Of a stretch of 64,000 nt of DNA, positions 1 to 10,032 are shown piece after piece. The stretch's first letter is position 1. Each line of letters begins with the position of its first letter. Under the pieces are notes generated by a model that ran no database searches, was not told the DNA's origin, and saw nothing but the letters and a program-made list of their open reading frames with translations. The position numbers and the translations under genes were made by a program. Where the stretch lies: the NCBI GenBank assembly GCA_965220205.1, contig OZ244812.1:1223588-1287587 (forward strand). Direction: 5' to 3'. Source of the DNA: Dehalococcoidia bacterium (lineage in GTDB: Bacteria > Chloroflexota > Dehalococcoidia > Lucifugimonadales > Australimonadaceae).

Positions 1-377
1 CCCTGGGCGGGTTGCTCAAGGAGTTCCCCAAGCTGCGCTTCGCATTCTTCGAAGCCGGCGGCTCGTGGCTGCCCTGGGCCATGTACACCCTCGACCGCGT
101 CTACCACATCGAACCCCAATGCGCCCGTTGTGAGGCGCCGCCCAGCGAGCACCTGCAGCAGTCCTGCTGGGTGGCCATCGAGCCCGACGAGTCGCCCATC
201 GTCGGCGCGGTGCAGTCCATCGGGAGCGAGAACTTCATCATCGGCAGCGACTACCCCCACCCGCCTTCCACCTACCCCAACACGGCGGCCGGCGTCGAGC
301 AGATGGAGGGACTCTCCGAGGAAGCGAAGGAGAACATCCTGGGCCGCAACCTCCAACGGCTGTTCCGCATCGACTGA
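1..377 (+). CDS. amidohydrolase-2 family (ACMSD-like metal-dependent hydrolase), C-terminal fragment; 5' end outside window
   Basis: The frame is open to the window edge. The C-terminal FIIGSDYPHPPS motif parallels GSDYGHQD, TTDYPHSG and ASDFPHE in the three other amidohydrolase ORFs of this window. Confidence 0.75.
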   Translation, partial: LGGLLKEFPKLRFAFFEAGGSWLPWAMYTLDRVYHIEPQCARCEAPPSEHLQQSCWVAIEPDESPIVGAVQSIGSENFIIGSDYPHPPSTYPNTAAGVEQMEGLSEEAKENILGRNLQRLFRID

Positions 378-476
378 CCTCTGCCTTGTGGCGCGCCTTG
401 CGCGGCGGCGGTAGAATCTGGACACGTCCCGGCCAGGCGGGACGCAAACGCGAGCATCGCAGATTGGAGCCTTGTC

Positions 477-1115
477 ATGGCCACTATGAAGGCCGACGTC
501 TATTTCGACTTCCGCTGACCCTTCGTCTTCAATGCAGCCGTTTGGCTGGATCAGGTGAAGGAGGCCCACGGCGGCGAAGCGCCGCTGGAGGTCAACTGGA
601 AGCCCTTCTCGCTAGAGCAGGTCAACCAGAAGGTCGGACCCGACTACAAGGCGTGGGACGAGCCGGACGAGAACCTGGGCGGCAGCCTCTGGGGGCTGCG
701 CGCAGGCGTGGCCGCCAAGCGCCAGGGCGAAGACGCCATGCGGCGTTACCTTCCGCTGCTGCTGAAGGCCAGGCACGTCGACCGTCTCGACCTCGGCGAC
801 CACGACCTGCTGAAGCGGCTCGCAGCCGAGGCGGACCTCGATGTGGCGCAGTTCGAGCAGGACCTGAACGACCGCTCGACGCTCGATGAGATTGCCGCGA
901 GCCACACCGAGGCAGTCGAGGAGCGGGGCGTCTTCGGGACGCCGACCTTCGTGTTCGAGAACGGCGCGACCGCGTTCCTCAAGCTCATCAAGCCTCAGTC
1001 GCCCGAGGACGCCGCGAAAGCGTTCGACTCCGTCGTCAATGTCATGTCGAACAACATCTTCGTTGGCGAGCTCAAGCGCCCGCAGCCGCCGTGGCCGAAA
1101 GGTGTCTTCGATTAG
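477..1115 (+). CDS. DsbA-like / HCCA-isomerase-like thioredoxin-fold protein with in-frame UGA (codon 14, nt 516-518), candidate selenocysteine
   Basis: The track ORF 555-1115 lacks the N-terminal active-site strand. The same frame upstream reads ATG477 MATMKADVYFDFR-TGA-PFVFNAAVWLDQV and joins KEAHGG with no other stop. A hairpin lies at 527-560. The product call for 555-1115 is firmer than the recoding call. Confidence 0.55.
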
Positions 1116-1833
1116 CCAGCGGCGCGAGTCCGCCGAGCCCGATTGGGCGGCGCTCGAACGGACCATCGGCATACGTTTCAAGGAGCGGTCACTGCTGCGG
1201 CAAGCGGCGGTGCACCGCTCCTTTCTCAACGAGCACTCCGGCGAAGGATGGGAGAGCTATGAACGGCTAGAGTTCCTCGGCGACGCCTTCCTCGGATGGG
1301 TCGTCGCCCACGAGCTCTACGTCATGTACCCCGGTTTCGACGAGGGCGCCCTTACCCGCGCCCGCGCCGCACTCGTAATGGGCGCGACCCTCGCCGACGT
1401 TGCCGGCGAGCTCCGGCTTGGCAGCTACCTCTACCTCGGACAGGGCGAGGAGGCCACCGGCGGACGCTCCCGCCAGACCATCCTCGCCGCTGCCCTCGAG
1501 GCGCTGATCGGCGCGGTGCTCATCGACCGCGGCGAACGGGCGGCGCGCCGTCTCGTGCTGCGGTGGCTCGGTCAGCGCATCGCCGACATGGGCCCGGTCG
1601 GCGCGGCCCGCGACGCCAAGACCGCGCTCCAAGAGCTCACGCAGAAGGCGGGACTCCCCTTGCCGGCGTACGAGCTCATCGCCGAGGAGGGCCCGCCCCA
1701 CGCGCGGCGCTACACCGTCCGCGTACTCGTCGACGACAACGCCCGCGGCGAGGGGTCGGGCCGGCGCAAGGCGGAGGCGGAGCAGACCGCGGCCGCCCAG
1801 GCCATCCGGTCGCTGGAAGCGAACCCGCCGTAA
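1102..1833 (+). CDS. rnc: ribonuclease III
   Basis: ERLEFLGDAFLG signature followed by a C-terminal dsRNA-binding-type region. There is no in-frame ATG; GTG 1102 is proposed as the start and overlaps the upstream stop, so the start is uncertain. Confidence 0.9.
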   Translation: MSSISQRRESAEPDWAALERTIGIRFKERSLLRQAAVHRSFLNEHSGEGWESYERLEFLGDAFLGWVVAHELYVMYPGFDEGALTRARAALVMGATLADVAGELRLGSYLYLGQGEEATGGRSRQTILAAALEALIGAVLIDRGERAARRLVLRWLGQRIADMGPVGAARDAKTALQELTQKAGLPLPAYELIAEEGPPHARRYTVRVLVDDNARGEGSGRRKAEAEQTAAAQAIRSLEANPP

Positions 1834-2067
1834 CCCCGGGCGTCTCGCGACGCCGCTGCGACTCCTCTCGGCTACAGTCGAGAGGCAATCGACGGACCCA
1901 TCATCCGCGTAACTCCTTGTAGGCGTTCGTTCTCGGCGGTTATCCTGCCTGCGCCCGCCCGGCGCGCTCCGGGGCCGGTTCCGGGCCCCTTCAACAAGCC
2001 CAGGACAGGCCCCGCGGCCGAGCAGAGGCGCCCACCCGGCGGGTGGATCGAGGGAGAGCCGCAACCA

Positions 2068-3030
2068 ATGGTCTTCAGACTCTTCAGGCGCAAGGACAAG
2101 ACCACACAGGCGCTCGCCAAGACGCGTAAGGGCTGGGGCGGCGGTTTCCGCGCTGTGTTCGAGGGCGCAACGCTCTCCGACGAGGCCCTGTGGGAGTCCG
2201 TCGAGGACGCCCTCATTGCCGCCGACGTCGGCGTGGAGACCTCCCTAGCGCTCGTCAACTGCGTCCGCGGCCGCGTCCGGGCGGAAGGGTCCACGGGCGC
2301 CGACGTCGTCGTCGAGATGTTCAAGGAGGAGATGGCGGTCCTGCTCGACCCCCAGGACGCGTCCATCTGGGACTGGTACGACCAGCCGGATATCCCGGCC
2401 AAGCCCTTCGTGCTGATGGTGGTTGGCGTGAACGGCGCCGGCAAGACCACGAGCATCGCGAAACTCGCCCAGCACTACCATGCGATGAACAAGCGCGTGC
2501 TGCTGGCGGCCGGAGATACGTTCCGCGCCGCTGCTGTCGACCAGCTCAAGGTGTGGGGCGACCGGCTGAACGTCGACATCGTTGCGCACCAGCACGGCTC
2601 GGACCCCGGCGCCGTGGCCTTCGACGCCTACGCAGCCGCGGTCGCCCGCGACGTCGACGTACTCATCATCGACACCGCCGGGCGCCTCCACAACAAGGCC
2701 CCGCTCATCGACGAGTTGCGCAAAGTGCGCAGGGTGCTCGAGCGGCAGGACCCGGCGTCGCCGCACCAGACGTTGCTCGTACTCGACGCCACCACCGGCC
2801 ACAACGGCGTCGAGCAAGCGCGCGTATTCCAGGAGGCCGTCGGCGTCAACGGCGTGTTCCTCGCCAAGCTCGACGGCTCCGCGAAGGGGGGCGTCACCGT
2901 GGCGGTCGCCCAGGAGCTCGGCCTTCCGGTCGTCTTCATCGGCACAGGCGAGGGTCTGGACGACCTCTCGCTGTTCGACACCGACGACTTCGTCGACGCC
3001 TTGTTCGGCGACGAGCCGGCGCTGGCCTAG
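2068..3030 (+). CDS. ftsY: signal recognition particle receptor FtsY
   Basis: [11 protein letters not shown]-loop, DTAGRLH and [14 protein letters not shown]-GTPase motifs. Confidence 0.95.
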   Translation: MVFRLFRRKDKTTQALAKTRKGWGGGFRAVFEGATLSDEALWESVEDALIAADVGVETSLALVNCVRGRVRAEGSTGADVVVEMFKEEMAVLLDPQDASIWDWYDQPDIPAKPFVLMVVGVNGAGKTTSIAKLAQHYHAMNKRVLLAAGDTFRAAAVDQLKVWGDRLNVDIVAHQHGSDPGAVAFDAYAAAVARDVDVLIIDTAGRLHNKAPLIDELRKVRRVLERQDPASPHQTLLVLDATTGHNGVEQARVFQEAVGVNGVFLAKLDGSAKGGVTVAVAQELGLPVVFIGTGEGLDDLSLFDTDDFVDALFGDEPALA

Positions 3031-6000
3031 TTGGCGAACATGGTCGTCACGGCGCTCTACTGGCTGCTCGTCCTCGAGCTCTTTAGCATCGCCGCCTTGC
3101 CGCTTGCCTATAGGGCCTTCTCACAGCTGCCCGACCGCGGCTGGGCGTTCAGCAAGCCGCTTGGCCTGCTCGGAGTAGGGTTCGGCGTGTGGGCGATCGG
3201 CCTGACGCACAGCCTTTCCAACTCTCGCCTCTCCGTAGCGTTCGCGCTGCTGCTGCTGGCGACGGTCTCCCTGGCGGCCGCGCGCCGCGTCCTCCCCGAG
3301 ATGCGCGATTTCGTCCGGGCCAACCGCAACCCGATCATCGCCGCCGAGCTGCTCTTCATCGCCGTGTTCGCGGGCATGGCCCTGATGCGCGCCTCCATCT
3401 CCACCATCGGACACACGGAGCAGCCCATGGACTTCATGCTGCTGAACTCCGTGGTCGCCAGCCCCCACTACCCGCCCAACGACGCCTGGCTCGCCGGTGA
3501 ACCCGTCTCCTATTACTACTTCGGCTACCTGATGATCGGCGCGGCAACGCTGCTCAGCGGCATCGCGACATCGGTCGCGTACAACTTGGGACTCGCCACT
3601 GTTGCCGCCGTCGCCGGAGTCGCGGCGTTCGGCGTCGCCTACAACCTCGTGCGGCTCGCTCGCGGCACAACGCGGGGCGCAGTCCTCGGAGGCTGCGCCG
3701 CGGTCTTCCTCCTGCTCATCGCGAGCAACCTCGGCGGCGCGCTGGAGCTAGTCCGGGCCGCGGGCGCGGGAAGCACCGGCTTCTGGGAGTTCATCGGCCT
3801 CAAAGGGTTGACTGCTCCCATTGCGCCCTCGACGGGTTGGGCGCCGACCGAGTTCAACTGGTGGTTCAAAGCGAGCCGCATCGCCGAGTCGACCGGAGCG
3901 GGCCCAACCACCATCACGGAGTTCCCATTCTTCAGCTTCCTCCTCGGCGACATGCACCCGCATGTGATGTCCATCGGCTTCGTCCTGCTGGCGGTGGGCA
4001 TCGCGATACAGATCTACCTGCAACCGGCGCTCCTTCGCGCGCCGACGCTGAGGCGAGAGTGGCCGCTGCTGCTCACGACGGTCGTCGGAATCGGGGCGTT
4101 GGGGGCGATCAACCTATGGGACCTGCCCTTGGGCTTCGCGCTGCTTGGGAGCGCCGTCATGCTGAACGCGGCGCGCAACGAGCGCTCGTTGCAGTCCGGC
4201 GCTTCGCTGGCCCTCTCAGCCGACACGCTGATAGTGGGAGCGCCCACCGATTCGCAGACCGGGCATCGTGCGGGATCGGCGACCATCTACACACAGCGGG
4301 AGTCCCGTTGGAAGCGTGTGCAGACGCTCGTCCCCGTGGCCCCCAGGCCGGACTGCGGGTTCGGGACCTCCGCCGCCGGGGCCGACGACCTGATCGTCGT
4401 AGGCGCGCCTCGCGCTACCGAGCAGGGCGCTGTGTTCGTGTTCGGCCAGCAGGGGGGCAAGTGGTTCCAGCGGACGACGCTGCGGCCCCCAGACGACACG
4501 GTCGACGACTTCGGCCTATCGGTCGCGGCCATCCCGGGCATGATCCTCGTCGGCGCTCGCAACGCCGCGTTCATCTACACGGGGTCTGACCTGCTGTGGG
4601 AGCTGCACGCCACGTTGCCGATGCCCGGCGGCGTCGCGGACTTCGGCAGCACGGTCGCGCTCGAGCCGGAGACAGCCATCGTGGGCGCCCCGCGCGGAGC
4701 CGGGGCCGTCGTCGTGTTCACACGCGACGAGGAGTCTTGGACCCTCGACGCGGTCTTGCGCGGCAACGAAAGCGACGCTGTCGTGGCGCTCGGGCGCAGT
4801 ATCGCGTTCGACGGACGGCAGATCGCGGCAGGGGCGCGCGGCGCCGCAGTCGTATTCGACCGTTGGGCCGGCGGATGGCGGACCGCGGCCACGATCACTC
4901 CTCCCCGCCCTTCGCTCGCCGATTCGTTTGGCGTCTCGGTCGCCATCGACCAGTGGTATGCAGCGGTGGGCGCCGACGGTCAGTGGCGGGGCCGGCCAAC
5001 CGCCGGCGCCGTGTTCGTCTACGAGAGCAACTACGACGGCGACGACGTCTCCTGGGACTTTCACTACGAGGTCACGCCCCGAGAACCCGACGCCGACGCC
5101 GCGTTCGGCGCAGCCGTGGCCCTCGCCGGAGACACCCTGGCGGCCGGGTCGCCCGGCAGCGGCCACGGCGCAACGTTCATCTTCGACCGCACCCTCGACA
5201 GATGGGGCCCTCGACGCAAGTTGGGCGCGCGGTGGCGGTTCGTGAGGGCTGTGGCCTTGGCCGGCGCGCTGGCAGCGGCTTCCATGGCCGCGTTCGCGCC
5301 CTTCTTCATGACGTTCGACGCAAGCGCCTCCGCCATCCAGCCCCTGCGCCAACTCTTGACGAGGCCCATCCATCTGCTGCTCATCTGGGGCATTCCGACG
5401 GCCCTCGCGCTCCCCGTCCTCTGGCGGGCCATCGGCCCTATCTTCGCCCGGGGCAACTGGAGCACGATGCGGTTCGGCATCGGCCTCTTCGTGGGATTCA
5501 CGCCGATTGCGTTCTGGCTGCAGCCGTTCTACGCCATGCCCCTCTACGCGCTTGCCCTTGCGCTATTCGGCCTGCATCAGGCCGGTTACCGGATGCCCCT
5601 GCCCGACGAGATGAACTTCGCCTTCAACCCCAGAATCACGCTCGCCGTCGGGAGCACCATCGTCATCGGAGGGTTCATCTACGACGGCGTCGTGAACAAC
5701 GAGCGCGGGATCGACGGAGAGCTCATCGCCCTCGACCGCCTGTCGATCGTCGTGCCGATAGCCCTGATCATCTCGCTGACGATCTACGGCGCGTGGACGC
5801 TGGCGCACCGCGACAGCGAGGCGCTGCGCACGGCCCGCCCCGGCGCGGGGAACCGCACGGCGAGCGACGCCACGACGCCGTTGCTCCTTTTGCTGGGCAC
5901 AGCCTGCGCCCTAATCATGGGAGTCGAGCTGTTCCATGTGGCCGACATCTTCGGGGGCGACCTGCGCCGTCTGAACACGGTCTTCAAGCTCTACTACCAG

Positions 6001-6663
6001 GCCTGGATTCTCATGGCCGTGCTCGGCGGATTCGGCCTGTGGTACGTCGCCAGCAGGTTGGACCGCACCGCGTTGATCGGCCGTGTGGGCTTCGCCGCCT
6101 GGACCGCCGTCCTCGTCGTCGCGCTAGGCGCTGTCGTCTACTACCCGCTCGCCGGGACGGCGGACCGCGCAGGCGACGCGGGTTTCGAGCTGGACGGCCT
6201 CGCGCAACTCGAGCGTTGGGCGCCAGCGGAGCTGATGGCCATCCAGTGGGTCCACGACAACGTCCCGCGCGACGCGGTTGTCGTCGAATCTCCGGTCGTC
6301 GCCTGCCCCAGCGAGCCCAGGGGCTGCAGCTCGTACACGGAGGCGGCGCGCATCTCCCAGAGTACGGGACGGCCGACGATTCTCGGCTGGTACGGCCACG
6401 AGCGCCAGTGGCGCAGCAGCGACAAGCACAGCGCCATCGACGCGCGCCTCGCGGACGTCCGGGAGCTCTACGAGACGCAGGACGTAGAGAGGGCCGGCGC
6501 CATACTCCGCAAGTACGATGCGGACTACATCGTGGTCGGCGACCGCGAGCGGGGCGCCTACGGCGCGGACGGCCTCGCCAAGTTCACCGAGCTCGGCGAG
6601 GTTGTCTTCGGCGACGAGAGCGGGGTGCTCATCTACGAACTGCCTGCGGGGGACCGACTATGA
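3031..6663 (+). CDS. polytopic YYY-motif membrane protein (DUF2298 / TIGR03662-like, GT-C-like) with an internal seven-repeat FG-GAP-like insertion
   Basis: 1210 aa with many TM segments and a PVSYYYFGYLMIG motif. The central soluble segment has 7 repeats of the type FG-x-S/A-V-A...IVGAP...GAVFVF. The start is TTG 3031 or ATG 3040 and directly abuts the ftsY stop. Confidence 0.8.
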   Translation: MANMVVTALYWLLVLELFSIAALPLAYRAFSQLPDRGWAFSKPLGLLGVGFGVWAIGLTHSLSNSRLSVAFALLLLATVSLAAARRVLPEMRDFVRANRNPIIAAELLFIAVFAGMALMRASISTIGHTEQPMDFMLLNSVVASPHYPPNDAWLAGEPVSYYYFGYLMIGAATLLSGIATSVAYNLGLATVAAVAGVAAFGVAYNLVRLARGTTRGAVLGGCAAVFLLLIASNLGGALELVRAAGAGSTGFWEFIGLKGLTAPIAPSTGWAPTEFNWWFKASRIAESTGAGPTTITEFPFFSFLLGDMHPHVMSIGFVLLAVGIAIQIYLQPALLRAPTLRREWPLLLTTVVGIGALGAINLWDLPLGFALLGSAVMLNAARNERSLQSGASLALSADTLIVGAPTDSQTGHRAGSATIYTQRESRWKRVQTLVPVAPRPDCGFGTSAAGADDLIVVGAPRATEQGAVFVFGQQGGKWFQRTTLRPPDDTVDDFGLSVAAIPGMILVGARNAAFIYTGSDLLWELHATLPMPGGVADFGSTVALEPETAIVGAPRGAGAVVVFTRDEESWTLDAVLRGNESDAVVALGRSIAFDGRQIAAGARGAAVVFDRWAGGWRTAATITPPRPSLADSFGVSVAIDQWYAAVGADGQWRGRPTAGAVFVYESNYDGDDVSWDFHYEVTPREPDADAAFGAAVALAGDTLAAGSPGSGHGATFIFDRTLDRWGPRRKLGARWRFVRAVALAGALAAASMAAFAPFFMTFDASASAIQPLRQLLTRPIHLLLIWGIPTALALPVLWRAIGPIFARGNWSTMRFGIGLFVGFTPIAFWLQPFYAMPLYALALALFGLHQAGYRMPLPDEMNFAFNPRITLAVGSTIVIGGFIYDGVVNNERGIDGELIALDRLSIVVPIALIISLTIYGAWTLAHRDSEALRTARPGAGNRTASDATTPLLLLLGTACALIMGVELFHVADIFGGDLRRLNTVFKLYYQAWILMAVLGGFGLWYVASRLDRTALIGRVGFAAWTAVLVVALGAVVYYPLAGTADRAGDAGFELDGLAQLERWAPAELMAIQWVHDNVPRDAVVVESPVVACPSEPRGCSSYTEAARISQSTGRPTILGWYGHERQWRSSDKHSAIDARLADVRELYETQDVERAGAILRKYDADYIVVGDRERGAYGADGLAKFTELGEVVFGDESGVLIYELPAGDRL

Positions 6664-8927
6664 CGCAGACGGCAGGGAGCAGCGAAACAACCTCGCCTGG
6701 GCGACTCCGGTCTTGGGCCGCGCGACAGCGGCGGCAAGTGCGCTTGCCCCGGCCGGTCATCGACTGGTCCGCCTGGCGACGGCTGGAATGGCAGACGTGG
6801 GTCTTCTTGGCGATTGTTGTTGTCGCGCTCGGAACGCGGCTCTGGGACCTGGGCGGACGGGCCCTCCACTACGACGAGATACTGCACGCTCATTACTCAT
6901 GGAGATTCGCCGAGGGATTGGGTTACAGCCACAACCCGCTGACCCACGGACCGCTGCTGTTCCACATCGCAGCGGGGAGCTTCTGGCTGCTCGGCTCGAA
7001 CGACGTCACCGCGCGGCTGGTCCCGGCCTTGTTCGGCACGGCGCTGGTCGGGTTGCCGTGGCTCCTGCGCAAGCAGCTCGGCATCTACGGCGTCCTGGCG
7101 ACCGCTTCGCTGCTCGCGCTCTCGCCGTCCATTCTCTACTTCGGCCGCTTCATACGAAACGACATCTACATGGCCGTGTGGCTCTTGTTGCTCGTGGCGA
7201 TCCTCTGCCGGCACCTCGAACGCCCTCGGACCCATCTACTCGTGGCCTGGGTCGCCGTCTGGGCTCTCGCCTACAGCACCAAGGAGTCCGCGTTCCTGCT
7301 CGCCGGCATCTTTGGCCTGTTCCTGTTCATCGTGTCCGCGCCTGCGCTGTGGAACTGGGTCCGCGGGCGGGCCCGCCTCTCCGACGTTCCGCCGGCCGGC
7401 GACCTGCTCATCTTGCTCGGCACGCTCTCGCTTCCGATGTGGGTCCCCTTCGTTAGCCTCATCCAGGAGCCGCTGGGAATCGTCCTCGTCAACCCCGACG
7501 CCCTCTCCCACCGGGTCGAGTCGGGGGAGATCGTCCGCGCCGCAGTCGAGACTGGGGCTCCGGCGGGCGGAGGCCTCTACATCGCGGCGTACATCGTCGG
7601 CGCCTTCGCCGTCCTGTCGGTCCTCATCGGCCTGCTCTGGGACAAGCGACGGTGGCCGCTGCTGGCCGCGGTGTTCGGCGGCATCTGGCTACTGCTGTTC
7701 ACGAGCGTGTTCACGAACTGGCAAGGGTTCTTCACCGGATTGTGGGGCTCCGCGGGCTACTGGATCGCCCAACAAGACGTCACACGCGCCGACCAGCCCT
7801 GGTACTACTACGTCGTCGGCCTCTCCACATACGAATTCCTCATCATCCTGCCCGGCGTCATCGGCGGCGTTTGCCTCTTGGCGAAGGGCGCCGCGTTCGA
7901 CCGGCTCATCGTGGCGTGGGCTGTCCTGACGTTCGTCATGTTCTCGTACGCCGCCGAGCGGATGCCGTGGCTGCTCGTCGGCGTCACCGTCCCGTTCGCC
8001 GTCGTCGCCGGCCGTGCTGTGGGCCTGCTCATCGAGTCTGCGCTGCGGACACGGCAGAGCCTTGTCACGCTCCTCGGCGGCGGCGGCGCAGCGCTCTTCA
8101 CGCCGCTCCTGCTGCTGCGAGTCATACGGAGCGACAACCTGCTGACCGATATCTGGCTGTGGCTCTCTGTGGCGGGACTACTCGCGACGCTAGGCGCGAT
8201 CGCGTGGACAGCCGACCGCGTGCGCACAGGGGGGCTGCCGGAGCGCCCGCCCTTCGTGTGGAGCGAGGCGTGCCGCAAGCTCATGGCCGGGCGCGGCCCG
8301 CTCTTCTCCGGGGCGGCGCTCGGCGTTCTGGCCATCCTCCTCGTGTTCACGGCGTTCGTCGCGGGCCGCGCGGTCTACTCCTACGCCGGATTCGAGCGGC
8401 CGACCGAGCTGCTCGTCTACTCGCAATCGGGTCAGGAGACCTCCTACGCCGCCGAGTGCATCGACCGCCTCGCCCACGACTCGGGCATCGGCAAGGAGAA
8501 CCTGCGCCTGTTGACGGGTGAGTCGGACAACTTCGCTTGGCAGTGGCGGTGGTACCTCCGCGACTACCCGAACTTGCAGTACCGTTACCTCAACGACAGC
8601 CCGCTCGACGCGCCGCCCGACGTCGACGTCGTCCTTATGAGCCGTTCGGTCGAAGACGCCAACGCGCGGCATCTGGGCGAGTTCACCCGCATGGGCGAGA
8701 TCAGGCACCTGTGGTGGTTCCCCAACTACGCCTACAAGGGAATCACCCCCCTGAGCGTCCTGTCCGACGCCGCCGACCGGGAGCTCGTGCGCCAGGGGGC
8801 CGACTACTTCATCGAGAGGAAGTACCCCGGAACGATGTACAGCAGCACGGGCGTAATCTACATAGCCAACGGACTGGCGCCCCTGGCCGAAGGTTGCACC
8901 GACCTCCGCGCGACCGACGAGGCGTGA
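6660..8927 (+). CDS. polytopic membrane protein, TIGR03663-like (Agl23-like / ArnT-PMT-like GT-C fold)
   Basis: The real start is ATG 6660 (MTQTAGSS), which overlaps the upstream stop as ATGA. The motif ALHYDEILHAHYSW and multiple TM helices follow. The 4596-6659 part of the track ORF is an off-frame shadow. Confidence 0.7.
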   Translation: MTQTAGSSETTSPGRLRSWAARQRRQVRLPRPVIDWSAWRRLEWQTWVFLAIVVVALGTRLWDLGGRALHYDEILHAHYSWRFAEGLGYSHNPLTHGPLLFHIAAGSFWLLGSNDVTARLVPALFGTALVGLPWLLRKQLGIYGVLATASLLALSPSILYFGRFIRNDIYMAVWLLLLVAILCRHLERPRTHLLVAWVAVWALAYSTKESAFLLAGIFGLFLFIVSAPALWNWVRGRARLSDVPPAGDLLILLGTLSLPMWVPFVSLIQEPLGIVLVNPDALSHRVESGEIVRAAVETGAPAGGGLYIAAYIVGAFAVLSVLIGLLWDKRRWPLLAAVFGGIWLLLFTSVFTNWQGFFTGLWGSAGYWIAQQDVTRADQPWYYYVVGLSTYEFLIILPGVIGGVCLLAKGAAFDRLIVAWAVLTFVMFSYAAERMPWLLVGVTVPFAVVAGRAVGLLIESALRTRQSLVTLLGGGGAALFTPLLLLRVIRSDNLLTDIWLWLSVAGLLATLGAIAWTADRVRTGGLPERPPFVWSEACRKLMAGRGPLFSGAALGVLAILLVFTAFVAGRAVYSYAGFERPTELLVYSQSGQETSYAAECIDRLAHDSGIGKENLRLLTGESDNFAWQWRWYLRDYPNLQYRYLNDSPLDAPPDVDVVLMSRSVEDANARHLGEFTRMGEIRHLWWFPNYAYKGITPLSVLSDAADRELVRQGADYFIERKYPGTMYSSTGVIYIANGLAPLAEGCTDLRATDEA

Positions 8928-8958
8928 CGGACGCGTATACTCAGACGAACTGCTGCCG

Positions 8959-10032
8959 GTGAGGATGGAGGGCCCGTTGCTGACCAGCCGCCGCCTGTGG
9001 CTGGGTTTCGCCGTCACCGGCGCGTTCCTGGCTGGGCTGTTCCTGAAGATCGATCTCGACGGGATGCGCTCGGCGTTGGCCGAAGCCAACTACCTGTACC
9101 TGCTCCCCGCGGTCCTCGTCTACTTCGCATCGTTCTACGCCCGCGCCGTGCGTTGGCGCTACGTCCTCGGCCCGTTCGCGCGCGTCGGAGCAAATCGGCT
9201 CTACCCCGTGATCATGGTCGGCTACATGGCCAACAACGTGTTGCCCATGCGCTTGGGCGAGGTCGCCCGCAGCTACTACCTCTCGACGCGGGAGCCGGTG
9301 CGGGCGTCGACGGCGCTCGCCACAGTCGTCATCGAGCGCGTATTCGACGGCCTGACGCTGCTGTTCTTCCTCGCGGCCGCCGCGTTGTTCCTCCCCGTGC
9401 CCGGCCTCGCCGACCGCATCGCCGATTCGGTAAGCGCGCCGGTTTGGCTCCTGGCGATGGCCGTCATCGCGCCGTTTGTGGGCGTCCTCTCCCTCATGGT
9501 GTCAGCGGCGGTCTACCCCGATGTGTTCCTTCGAGTCGCCCGGTGGACCACGGGCAAGTTGCCTGAGCGTTTCGGCCGGCGCGCCTACGGTCTCACGCAA
9601 CGCTTCATCGACGGCTTCGAGGGGCTGCACCGGCCAAGCAAGCTTGCCGCTGTCTTCGGCCTATCCCTTCCCGTCTGGGTCCTGGAGGGCGCGGCGTACT
9701 ACATCGTGGCCCTGGGTTTCCACCTGCAGGCCGATTTCGACAGCCTTGGCCTGATGATCGCGGCGATGCTCGTGTTGACCAGCGCAGCGAACCTGGCCAC
9801 CACCATCCCCTCGTCCCAGGGGTCCGTCGGACCGTTCGAGTTCTTCGCCGTCCTATCGCTGGAGTTCCTGGGGGTTGCCTCCGGCGTTGCCTCGGCCTAC
9901 GCCATCGTGCTGCACGTCACGCTGCTGCTGCCGCCCATCGTCGCCGGGCTGCTCCACCTCGCCGCGAGCAGCGTGACGCTGGGGCAGCTCACGCGCGCAA
10001 CGCCCGCCTCTCCGACGGAGGAACGTCCATGA
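8959..10032 (+). CDS. flippase-like membrane protein (UPF0104 / lysylphosphatidylglycerol-synthase TM-region family)
   Basis: 8-TM-like profile with an NNVLPMRLGEVARSYYL motif. An alternative start is ATG 8965. Confidence 0.7.
   Translation: MRMEGPLLTSRRLWLGFAVTGAFLAGLFLKIDLDGMRSALAEANYLYLLPAVLVYFASFYARAVRWRYVLGPFARVGANRLYPVIMVGYMANNVLPMRLGEVARSYYLSTREPVRASTALATVVIERVFDGLTLLFFLAAAALFLPVPGLADRIADSVSAPVWLLAMAVIAPFVGVLSLMVSAAVYPDVFLRVARWTTGKLPERFGRRAYGLTQRFIDGFEGLHRPSKLAAVFGLSLPVWVLEGAAYYIVALGFHLQADFDSLGLMIAAMLVLTSAANLATTIPSSQGSVGPFEFFAVLSLEFLGVASGVASAYAIVLHVTLLLPPIVAGLLHLAASSVTLGQLTRATPASPTEERP

Noticed and set aside
1840-1885. Two small hairpins after rnc (GCGTC/GACGC and CCTCTCG/CGAGAGG) considered as an intrinsic terminator
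   Set aside because: No U-tract follows either stem, so a terminator call cannot be supported.
4596-6659. First 688 codons of the 1443-aa track ORF 4596-8927
   Set aside because: It is Arg/Pro/Gly-rich with low complexity and fully overlaps the YYY membrane protein gene in another frame. The recognisable protein begins at ATG 6660.
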